DNA from: Dimorphilus gyrociliatus | Taxonomy: Eukaryota > Animalia > Annelida | NCBI GenBank assembly: GCA_904063045.1 | Contig: CAJFCJ010000002.1 | Coordinates: 1,510,422-1,574,421 of the forward strand | Length of the DNA: 64,000 nucleotides | Reading direction: 5' to 3' | Shown: in pieces, positions 31,396 to 43,495 of the stretch | How positions within the stretch are numbered: the first letter of the stretch is position 1 | Layout of the letters: every line of letters begins with the position of its first letter | Translations under genes and position numbers: made by a program | Notes under the pieces: model-generated | Seen by the model: the letters and a program-made list of their open reading frames with translations, nothing else | What the model was told of the DNA's origin: nothing | The model's database searches: none

Positions 31396-31804
31396 TTCAT
31401 ACTTCATCTAACTATATATAACCTTACTTGTACATGAAAAGACGAAGTCTAAATATAGTTCTATATATACAGTATATACAGTATATACTATATACTATAG
31501 CTATATCTGTCAAGTATTAACAGAGTTTTAGAGTTTATCGTATGGTAGTAATCTTACCTCTTCAATAACGAAATTGTCTTAGGAAATTAAAAGAATTTTC
31601 AAGTTTAACTTTTTTTATGAACTCAAAATGTTTATGGTAATTAGTTTTTTGAACTTAGCGAAAATAGTTGAAAACAAAACGACTTGCATACATATGTATA
31701 GCAATATGTATAAATCTCATAATAAGATGTACAATTAAAGTTAAACACTTTAATTGTGCCTTTTTAATAGAACCATATATCCTATTTCAGTAACAAAAAG
31801 ATCT

Positions 31805-33806
31805 CTAAAAACAAGCACTACTAACGCCATCTGAATTTTTTGTAACAAAAACGTTCGCACCTACACGTACAGGAAAATAATCTAAGATTTCTGATTTTCT
31901 TTTCCGAAAAGAACTTTCAATAAAATGGCATTCTTTTAGTAGATCACACACATATTTCCATTTATCTTTTGTTCTTGCTGGTAATTCATTATATTGTTTT
32001 CCGTCAGATTCAATTATGCGTATTTGATCTTTTGACAAATTCCCCGAAATCTTTGTTCCATCATGAAAAATAGCCTCATAATCGTCTAAGCTTTCCATTA
32101 GCTTACATTTAGCCTTCTCAGTATATACTGTAACTTTTGGCGTACCAGAACGAACAATTCTAACAAACTTTGTGGCGTAGGCATATCTTTGCCAATATTT
32201 AACTGGTAAAGAATCATATGTGTACGATTTACTCGAGGGAGGGCATTGATTGTCATCTTCACCTAAAGGCGTTTTCGTTGTAAAAACGTTTATTTGTTCG
32301 CCGTCTGGAGAGACTTGAAATACGTCATATCCACGACCACTCCTTCTTTGGACGTGGAGAGTAACATATGAATCTTTCCTAATTTCAATAATAGTATCTT
32401 TGTTATGACTTTTAATTGGCTTTAACCTAATTGTTGATATTTTCTCTGGTTTCGTTCTTTCAGTCGAACTAAAACAGTTTCAATAAAAATAATATCGATA
32501 AATAATATGTAAAAACGCATATTCAACTTACTCAATTTGAGTTGGCTGAGATACTACAGAATCTGTATATATGGAGGGTCGATAAGGTTTGCAAGCCGAA
32601 CTTAGTGTTTCTCGGCCAGAATCTGAAGAGAATTCACTCCTTATGTCTGTTTTCCAAAAAAATGCATGATTTAAAATCTCTTTGGGTGATAATCGCTTTT
32701 TATAATCTAAGCAAATCGTCCTGTTCAGCAAATCATGCGCTTCTTTACTTGTATTCTCTGGTAAATATGATTTAACATCCATGCTTAATATATTTTTAAA
32801 AGTTTGATTTCTGTCTTGTCCATCGAAAGGTTCCTTACCTACGAAGGTAAATAGAAAAATTATTAATAAAAGCTATAAAATCTTCTCTAAATTATTAGCA
32901 TACAAATATCAATAAAAAGATATTGATCTTACCAGCTAAAACTGTATAAAACATTACTCCGAGACTCCATATGTCAGATTCTTTCCTATAGACTTTATCT
33001 CTGATTAGCTCTGGAGCTATATAATTTGGCGTTCCACAAAAAGCTCTATTACCTCCCCCATTCTCTTTGTTTTTATCTAATTTTATAGCCAGACCAAAAT
33101 CTGACAATTTGCACTTTAAGTCTTTGGTTACTAAAACATTTGATAGAGACAAGTCTCGGTGTACAATGTCATTTTCATGTAATAAATATAAAACTTCCAC
33201 AACGGGTTGTAAAAATTGCCGAATTTCATTCTCGCTGCACCTACAGTTTTTACCCTGATTTTGTTTTGTAAGGTACGATCTTAAATCACCATATTCACAA
33301 AGCTCAAGAACAAAATAGAGAAAATAGTCATCCTCGAAGAGATCCTTAAACTTGACGACATTTTTATGAGAGGAAACTTGAAGGTGAATTGCGGCTTCGC
33401 TTTGAACTCTTTCCAATAGATTTTTCTCTTGAGTAATACGTTTGTCAATTTTCTTTATTGCTACGCGTTCGTTTGTTGCTTTGCAAAAACCAAGAACGAC
33501 CTTAGCAAAAGCGCCTTGACCTATTACTTCAGAGGTAACTATATATTTATCCTGTGAAAAAATAGAAATTTATTTAATCCCTGCTTTCTTTCATGTTGAT
33601 GTTCTTTAAGTTATTCAAAAAGGTCACTTTATTAAAAATTAAAAAACGTTTATCTCTGAATAGTTATTAACCTGAATACAGTATAGATCAGTCATAGAGG
33701 AAGACTTTGAGCAATTAAACGACTTCGCATCATAATCTTCAAAAGAACTAAGAGACAGATCATGATCCTTAAATCCGTCAAATTCCTCTTCACTTAAACA
33801 CGCCAT
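31805..33806 (-). CDS. PLK4: Divergent, shortened Polo-like kinase 4 (kinase + DSG degron + cryptic polo box), 4 exons
   Basis: GQGAFA, VAIK, HRDLSLSN, DFG, CGTPNYIAPE; DSGRET degron; CPB IRLKPIK...LPVKYWQRYAYATKFVRIVRSGTPKVTVYTEKAKCKLME...YFPVRVG. Confidence 0.85.
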
Positions 33807-34764
33807 TTTTTGCAAGATATTCCATTTACAGAGAAAAATCTCTTATGATTAAAATGGCGTGTCTTGGACAAAAACTTGTTGCGACAAGTTGACATTGTAT
33901 TAACCCCTTTTATCGCTCAAATACATAAAAGGTAATAACAATACGTGTTATATGAGGCTCTTTTTTATTATTTTTAGACCCATCTGTACATATTATTATA
34001 AATGAAGTTGAACGGCTTTCATTGAATAATTAAGATTAGGTATTACTTACAAAATTTTCATTTGAGAACAATTAACGGACTTAACGGAAGCGGGAAAACT
34101 TTGTTATTGAATAAGTCAGAGAAACTAATAATTTTTTAGCATAAAAATATGTCTCAACGAACCTCTATCCGTTTTTCATGTCGTCTATCGTTCATCCTTT
34201 AATATGATGACATTATAGACGATAAAACGGGATTTAATGAACACGGAAATTTCAAATTCGTAGACTGGTTCCTTATTTTGAGCGGCTTCAGAACATTCGT
34301 AAACATAAACTGGTTACGACAGGCAGTACTAAAATCAAGGACTCTATAAAAAATATTAGCAATCCATAGTTTAAAAGTTCATTAGTTCGCTGGATATTGT
34401 AAATCGCACACTTATCTTAGTCAACTATATATGGGGATGAACAGATTTTCTGCCCAACTAAGTATTATACTATACAAACGAGTTCACCAACTTGATAATG
34501 CATAAAATATGGAAATTAATGTAAGCTCCAGCGAAATCATATAGATTTAAAGGGTATAGAAATTTGGAAGATTATAAGATCTTCTTAATAAGCGTACTGA
34601 GAAAGATAAGTGTCGCATTTCAATGCATTAGCAACAAAGCAATATCCACAATTCAAATAAATGTTTAAAGTCCGGGTCTATTTTTCATTGCTGTATTCTA
34701 TCAAGTCCACGCAAGCTTAATATTTTCTGCGTGCCGCTTATTTCGAAAAGAGAATTATCGCAAA

Positions 34765-35989
34765 ATGTTTTATTTTATTGGTTTGGGCTTAGGAGATGCA
34801 GAAGACATTACTGTCAAAGGATTACGAATAGTCAAAGCTGCAAAGAGAGTATATTTAGAATCGTATACATCGATTATTACAGGAGGGAAAGAAAAACTCG
34901 TGAGTTTTGAGTGATATTAAGGGAAATTATTATTTATAAATAACTTTGGGAAATTTTTAGGAAGAATTTTATGGCCGTGAAATAATATTAGCTGATAGAG
35001 AGATGGTTGAGCAAAATTCGGGTAAAGTTGAAACACTTAAAGAGTAATTTTGTTCAAGTATAAATACTAACATAATATCTCAATAACATATGCAGACGAG
35101 ATATTAAAAGATGCAGATAAAGAGGACGTTGCTCTTTTAGTTGTAGGGGACCCTTTTGGGTAAACAACTCCTAAATAGAATTTGAGTCAACATTCATTAT
35201 GTTCACATTTCAGAGCGACGACGCATACTGATTTTATCTTGAGAGCCAAAGAATTAAACATAGAATACACAACTATTCACAATGCATCAATCATGAACGC
35301 AGTTGGTTGTTGCGGATTACAACTCTATCATTTTGGTCAGACCGTGTCAATAGTTTTTTGGACGGAAACGTCAAAACCTGACAGCTTCTACGACAAAATA
35401 GCAGTCAATAGAAAAAATGGTTTCCACACCTTGTGTTTATTAGGTTTGAACAATTTTCACTTTCGAAGTGTAAACAAGAGTTTTCATAAAAACGAATAAG
35501 TTGGTTGTTTTATTCATTAGACATTAAAGTAAAAGAGCAAACCATAGAAAATCTTATGAGGTAATGTTTTATATTATTACGACGTGTAATTAAAGCTCTA
35601 TCAATTCTTTAATGTGATAATAGAGGAAGAAAAATATACGAACCACCTCGATATATGCCTTGCTCACTAGCTGCCGAACAACTTTTAGAAATTATAGAAA
35701 ATAAGAAAGAAGATGGCGAAACAGACTTAGGTTTGTTGAAAACAACACTTTTGAAGAAATGTAATAACTAATTAAATTTTTTTCAACAGCTTTTAATGAG
35801 GATACAATATGCGTCGGTTTAGGTCGAGTTGGCTGCGCGAACCAAAAAATAGTTGCAGCAAAATTAAAAGAATTTCCATGTATAGATATGGGCGAGCCAT
35901 TACATTCGTTTATAATAACTGGAAATATGCACTTAATGGAAATAGATATGCTAAAAATGTTTGCTCTTGAACCAACAACAATAAAATAA
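34765..35989 (+). CDS. DPH5: Diphthine methyl ester synthase
   Basis: [67 protein letters not shown]; 7 exons. Confidence 0.97.
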
Positions 35990-36550
35990 ATTAAAGTGTA
36001 ATAATGGCATTGGTGTTTTTTTTTTAAAGTTATATTCTATAGATCTTTAATGTTGTTTATCTATTTCCTTTAAAAAATACTGATTAGCGAAAGTTGTTAT
36101 TATATAGCGATGAAAGGATAGTTTTACATAAAAGAATTTCATCCTTTGCCGCCATTTCTCTCTAGTTCCATAAGGAATAATTGATAGTTGGGGAACAACT
36201 ACTCTTTTCTACTGCACAGATTCAATTCCGATAAAAATCAAAAAAAAATGTCCACAAAAAGAAAACTCTTTAAACTATTCAAGGATATAAAAAAGAAATA
36301 CTTTTCGGTGAAATGTATGTGAAGTCTTTAGAGTCTTTTCTTTTTTTTTTCATTATAAAAAGTCATACATGAACATGAAGATATTGAATGAAAAATATTT
36401 ATTGAATAGTTGAATAGCTTTTTACTTCATTTTTTTACGACTGCAACTGGTGTTTGTACTTTTTATTTCATTGCAAAGATCAATAACATCATTAAACTAT
36501 ATTTTATTCGCCCAATAAGAGAATGAAATGACTTGTTGATTCGGCAGGAT

Positions 36551-37059
36551 ATGTTAACATTACTAATAATCGGTAACTTAAATTCATTCAAAACTGTTAA
36601 GTAATAAATAATAAGTATATTGAGAAAAACTAATTTATTCATATATTTATATATCTCTTTTAATAGCCATTTCTTCGATTCACGAAAGTCTCGGCTTCAA
36701 TAATAGCATTAATATTAGTGACATTGGCTTAACGACGTCTCAATCATTTCCCCATTCAACACCAGCCTTATTGAGAGATGATGTTCACGATGGCCTAAAG
36801 CCAATTTTGATTGCCTTAATGTTTTTATTGATCATCATAGCTATGATAGCGACGTCAGTAGCTTGTTCTGTCATAAAACTAGTTAGAAGGTACAGTTTAC
36901 TATAACTTAATTATATCTGTCCACTAAATCTATAAATTTACTTATAAAGTATATTAACATTAATCTCTTCTCTAAAAAATTCTGTATACTTTATATATTA
37001 AATCTATTAAATATGTTTTATATTAAAATTTCCACAGGAATAAATATCAGAATGTTTGA
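36551..37059 (+). CDS. Small 88-aa single-pass membrane protein (3 exons), not in the ORF track
   Basis: Exons 36551-36572, 36667-36889 and 37038-37059 splice in frame through GT-AG introns: MLTLLIIAISSIHESLG...PILIALMFLLIIIAMIATSVACSVIKLVRRNKYQNV*. Confidence 0.65.
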
Positions 37060-38259
37060 ACAGTTCTCTCAATTTGTATGGCGAGATGTTTGCATTTCAA
37101 TTGTCACGTGACTTTCAAAAGTTATAAATCTGCGAAAATGGATTGATTTGGCTTAAGGAACCAATTTACAAATTATTTTCAAATAATTTAAAAGAACCGT
37201 GTTAAGTTCAAATTATACATGAAGGAATTTTCAATGAAATTACCGCGGAATGCTTAAATTATAGACTCATCCTTTCTTAGATTAAAGTTGTGCCATCTGC
37301 TTCGACACTTTAAACGTCAATAAATACAATATCATTGATTTAAACGTTGTATCATTGCCGTATATAAAGACAACAACGGATAACTGCTAATTTCAATTCA
37401 TAACGCTTGATTTGATAAATCAAATCTCCTGTTTGTTTCTACTATTTTGGCCAGTAGTATCAATCATATCATTATCTTTAGAATCCTTTAGAAATTGATG
37501 AAGACATTTAGAGAAGAGTTTAAATAAAGATGATAAAGATAATAAGAGGTAGAGGAGGAATAAATAAATCCTTTTTATGCTCTAAATGATAGTCAAACTC
37601 AAACGATCGATTCAAGAATAATAGGAGTGGGCGTTTGAAAAATGGGTCCTTTTCCTCTCTTCTGCTCCCAGATTTTTACTTTTTACAAGGTTGAATCTCT
37701 CCCGGGTTCCAAAAAAAAGAACGGGATACGAAACAGCTTGACGTTTCGTTCCTACTCACCTAATCTTCCGACCTACGACCCATATCGCTCGCCTTTTTTC
37801 TGTCGCCCTTGTAAATATTTGCCCTTTTCGCATTCCGCGAGCGTTCCCACAAGAAACAGAAAAATGGTCAACCATTCCCTTTTTTCTTTACATCTATCCT
37901 ATCCTCTAATAAGACACCACCCGCTGGCTATTTAAATTGTATTAGGTCAGGAAACATTCCAACAGTTGGAATAGTTTTATAAAACCCTAATTATAAAATG
38001 ACTAGTTGATCGTTTTTTAACTAATTGGATAATTTATTCACGAAAATAAGGATATTATAATTTCATGAATATTTATATAAGTATATCTTGTAAATAAAGT
38101 AGTTCATTGACAAAAAGGTTTTAATCTATAATTGGATTAATTGTATTGAAAATTCATTACGATATGTATTGGAAACTTAAACGATCTAGTGTTTGGATAA
38201 CTAAATAGGTCTATCATCCACTTTTATAGCAGTTTATGTAATGATATTATCAGAATATT

Positions 38260-40700
38260 CTACCAAGGCCTCCATGGAACATTTTCTTTTTCATGATCGG
38301 TTTCATATTCTTCCATTTCTTCATCCTCATCGGACGTTGATGTTGCAGAATCGACCTTGACTTTTGAAACTTGATTTTGTACTGGAACTAGTAAAGCTGT
38401 CAATTGACCGGAAGGAAGAACGCCGGAAACCAAATTATACACAAAAGAAGGATGAAGTTTCTCCGAATAATTATTTGCCTTTTTAAACAGGTGATTAATC
38501 AAACGACTCCTAGTATCCATATCGACGAGATCGGATGTAGAGAGATATCGTTGAACTTCGCTAGCGCATTCATTATAACCAGCCAAATACTTGTTGATAG
38601 GATTTGAATCTAAGAAAGGGATAGATAAAAGAAATGATTACATTATTAAAATAGAAAGAAAACAGAAATGTTTGCTAGTTTAGTTAAAAATCTTGTGTGT
38701 TTGAAGTTTTTTCCTTACTGGTTCTATAAGAAAAGGGGCTCTATAATTAACGCTCTGTGAGGTATAAATGTAAATTAGCATGGTTTCTAACTTTCGATTT
38801 GCCCTAAAAAAATGAATGTTAAAAATGCGAACACACTTTAAAAATAAACTTATAAAATTCATTGAACAGCTTGCAATAGAGTGATATATGCAAATTAGGC
38901 GGGGAAATTTTTTACGTCTCTTTTGTTAAAATAGATTCAGTTAAAAGATGGGAGGTGTTCAGCATAGTAGGGAAGTTGAATACATAAATTAAAATAGTCA
39001 TCCATAATTAATCTGACTAAATACGTTAAAAAAATTCTTTTATTCTCTTTAATATAGTGTTCATTCTTGTAAGAGAAGAGTTTCCCGCCCAGCTTTTAAT
39101 TTAAGGGCCGAAGCTTTTTTTTTATATGGGTAAATCTTTTAAATGCTCCTCCCATTGAATACGCCCGAGTTATGTAATTTATAACCCAAAACGCTGAGAT
39201 TCATGTACTAACTTTAGTCTTTTTATAAGAATTTTTGTACGACATACTTAAAAACAGTTCTCCCTTTATGCGTAGCATGTTCAAGTGCAATTAGGAGAAT
39301 GTATAAACACGAAGGATGCCTAATTAAAATTTTTTAAGAATTCTAACTAAACATGTCGAAGAAAATAATTGAAACAACCAATTAACACATAGTTTTTTTT
39401 TCTTTTATGAATATTTAAATTAGTACAAGGGAAAATGTACACCTTAACGCTGGCGGTTCGAATAAAAAGGATAGAATGAATATTATCTTGGGGATTAATC
39501 GTCTATATGAATAGGATAGTTTTACAACTAACTGATTCCTATACGTTAAGCTTTTTAACTCTCGATCTGACTCTATGTTTTTTTTTTTCAATAAAAAAAA
39601 GGCTTGTAATTTGCATATTCATTTGATTATTCTAATTAGTTGATTATTAAGATTAGCCATTGTACATGTAGATATATAAATAAACCTGTGCAAGTCTTAA
39701 AATAACTTTATTTGGATAGGAACAAATCAATTTTTACTGGTCATCTTAAACGCTAAATCAATTTAACAGATTCGATAAGGTTGTCAGTATCCAGTTTCTA
39801 CAGGGAAAATTCCAAACATTCCTATCGGGTTCGCAAAAAATAGGCGGAGTTTAGTTAAATAGGCCTAGGTGTATTGCAATAAATGTCCATCTATTCGATA
39901 CGCATGTTATGTATATATATAAAAATTGCATTCCTACTTCTTTAATGAGAAGAGAAAAACTTCAAAAATGGTAAAAGATTTCTGACCCATTTTTTAACTT
40001 TATATATTGTTTATGTTTTATAAGAAAATAATAGAGATATTTACCTAAAGTTTGCTGTCTGCGCTGTTGTCTCAAATATTTAACGGTCATTTCTAAAATA
40101 TCAGCTTTTTCCAATTTAGTGTAATTTCCCGTCTGTAAATCATAATAATAAATACAAACAACGACGAATAAAAAACATTAAAGAATATTAAAAAAGAAAG
40201 TTAATTAATTAATTAATTAATTAGATTCATACAAAATTTAAATATTTCTTTATTAAAAGTATACAACTGAAATGAAAAGTTACGGGTGGTCGAAAAACGA
40301 TTAACGGGGCGAAAAAGCGCTAGATTTTTATCACTATAGTGGAAATTTCAATGCCTTCACCCACCTCTTTTCTCATCGCTTGCAAAACGAGCAATTTTAA
40401 CTGTGATAAGCATTCATTTATTCTTGCTCTCCTCTTCTTTTCAATCAATGGTTTATTATTCTGAAAAATGATAATGGAAATATGTAAATTTTTTAAAGAT
40501 AACATTGAAAAAAATAACTAAAGAGGTCATTAAAGGTATAAGTGTTTTTTCTTTTCCATTAATTAATCACTTTATATTAATTTATTCATATTTATTATTT
40601 TAATATACTATAGATTTATGTAAATTCAATAAATTCTGGAATAAAAAAAGGCACAAAGTAAAACGATACGAACTTTCTTATTATTAGCAGTTTGGTTCAT
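38260..40700 (-). CDS. Hairy/Enhancer-of-split bHLH-Orange repressor with WRPW, 4 exons
   Basis: MNQTANNKK|NNKPLIEKKRRARINECLSQLK...|TKLEKADILEMTVKYL|...YLAGYNECASEV...LPSGQLTALLVP...WRPW*. Exact paralog cannot be assigned. Confidence 0.93.
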
Positions 40701-40829
40701 GTTGAGTATTTCTTTTGTAGAAAGTTAAAAAACGCTAAGAACCTTTTCACTCTTCTGAATCACTCGTTGAAATGCCTGTGACATGCGAGCGACGGACCCA
40801 ACAGCGTCAACCCGAAACGCGAATGACAC

Positions 40830-40920
40830 GCACCAATCAGCTTTTAGTTCGGAGATTGAAATTGCCAATTTCTTATTTCCACTTTTTGCACCCCCCGCCC
40901 TTTCTTCTCCGCCCACCTTG
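40830..40920. promoter_or_regulatory. Proximal promoter elements of the HES gene (CCAAT and GC boxes)
   Basis: CCAAT at 40833-40837; CCCCCCGCCC and CTCCGCCC at ~40890-40915; 130-220 nt upstream of the ATG. Confidence 0.4.
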
Positions 40921-43495
40921 CCACTACCACATTTCGGCTTACTTTGGGTTTAGACCACTTTTAGAACATAGGAATGTTGTATATATGGCCCTTGTAACCC
41001 TTTACGGTTTACTAACAAGCAAAGTGAAAGGGTGCAAAATGATATCTTTATATTTGCATATTTTCAATATATTCAATATAAAGCTGTTGGGTTAAAAATT
41101 AAAAAGATAATTATATATGTTTCCTATTCAATTAATAGTATGTTAAAAATTGAATGGAACGTTATATATCCCGTTTTGTTACGATTAGAGGGTAATTACC
41201 TAATTAACATAATTTATTCATGTAAAGTTTAGAAAAAGAAAAAGAAAAGAAACATAAATTTTATCGAACATTCTTTTTATTCATTTAACTAATTCTTTCG
41301 AGGAATTCATGCTTTTTTATTCGGATCCGCCCCATCGCCCACCCAGCCTGTTCAAATGTCAAATGGAATTTCTCGCATACGTTTAATTAGATTATCTTTC
41401 TACTTTAATCATTTATGATTAGTTTCTTTATGTTAAAAGATTTCGCCAACAATTCAATAATTAATGATAATTAACTGTTGAGATATTTTAATCCTTTTAC
41501 TCTTTATCTTCTTTTTTTCTTCTCCTCTTTTTAACAGGTTACTTAGATATTTGAAATTATCGCTACATAAACTGAATATAAAAGACTTGCGCCCTACTTT
41601 TAAGTGTTTACCCTAGTTCATAAACAAGAAAAGTATGCAAAATGTAAACTCAACATAGCTTCGCTTAAATCACTTTTTCCAATCTCTAAGTCACGTGACC
41701 GCTTTGAAGATATTTTAACCGGTATGTCGGCTCTGATCCCAGCTAAGTTTACATTCGCTACCTTAACCTCGACCTGATAAGCCGGAACGTGCCGCATCTT
41801 CTCTTTCATCTCCTTACCGACGCGTGTCCGCCTAAAATAACTTTAACTTATCGGTCAGGCGACTCTTTTTAATTTTCTTCCTTAACCTGAAATGGAGACG
41901 CTTATGGTGTTTATTTACCAGATATTATAGCAGTAGGGCCTATAGGTTTCAAACTATTAAAAACGTTCATATTTCATATTTAAAAAAAAGAGGGCGCGTG
42001 CTAAGACCGAAGTACGTTTGTCACGTGTCACTAGTGACTGGTGAGAGAGTTTTTAAATAGACGCTGTCGGAATCTCGTAGGGTAAAAATTACAAGGTGAG
42101 CAGACAGTCGAAAAACGATTTCTTTATTTGGCCTGTCGGTTGGCTATTTTTTAAGGAATTTCTACAATGTTTTTCTTCTGTCCCCCAAGTCTTAATTGCT
42201 CTTCGTGCCGGCGCTATATTTAGACCCTATTCTTATTATAGGCCTAACTTCTGTCCCTTTTTTTTATTACCAATCGCTGTAAAATATATAACGATTCACG
42301 CTTCGGAGGGATTGAATGATCGTGATTGAAAGATAAAACATATAGTTAGACAGATAGTTGTTAAATGTGGGCCTACTAGAATTAAGAATTGAAAAAATGA
42401 AGTGATTTGAATATAAAACTAAGTGTTAGAAGATATTTATTATAGTGGAATCTTTTAAAGAAGATTATTAGCTGAATAGTGACAACTACTCAAAAAAGAA
42501 TTCTTCTTATGAGAAAGTTTGTTCGTAGAGGCCTCGAAAGCTTTTAAAGTTATGTTTTTTCTTATATCTGGTCGATTTTTAAGATGAATTTAATAATCTT
42601 GTTTTTTTTTTTAAAAAAAAAACAAAAGATAATTAACTTAAAATATTTTAAAGTTTTTGATGATAGGAACAAATCCATTGTTTATCATCTTAAATATTGT
42701 AATTACGGATATCTTGTACGCATAAATGGTAAAATAAGATATTAAAAAATTGCAATATTTATGGAGCAAATGCTCCATCTAGCTATGAAAAGTTTTAATA
42801 GATTGAAATATATATATATACACTTTAATAGAAAAAAATATTATTATAGTTGGTATAGTATCAGCTTAATTAAATACAATAAAGATATCATGTAAATAGA
42901 CTCTTCCACTCTCAACTTCTCTAAATATTGTACCAGTAATCCTGGACACATACTATTGAAGCTCTTTGGAAGCTGATCAAATTCCCAGGATTCAAATAAA
43001 CTTTAAATAGTCGAAAGCATACCGTACATACTTAAATGAAACTCCCATACAAATCGAATTATTGCGTAATGGTTTAAAATTGACCATGAAAAAAGAATGT
43101 TTTAATCGTTTTTTTCTTTTCTACTTCTTCTTCTGTTTTTAAGTATTTGTAATTTAATTAAAAGATGAAATTGTTACTTAAATCAATATGCTCATAGAAT
43201 ATATATTTCGTTTTCTTATAGTACCATTACTTGTTTACATTATTTAAATGATTGGATACTTTTAATGAATATTAATTTATGAAATTTTATTAAACAATGT
43301 TTAATAATAAAATATGCCAGTTGCCATAGCAGCTGTCCAAAACAGCACTCATGTAGCTAAGCAAATCTCAGGAAGCAAGTTCGTTAGGGGTGTCAACTTC
43401 TTTGTTGGGCTCTTGTTGGCTAACTTGTAACCCGTATTTTAGAGATACCCAAAAAGTTAAACAATCGATAAACAATAAATCGTCTGCCAGTTGAT

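Noticed and set aside
34140-34345. Short open frames and an ATGATGA C-box-like motif between PLK4 and DPH5
   Set aside because: No matching D box with terminal stem, no splice-consistent ORF and no recognisable homology.
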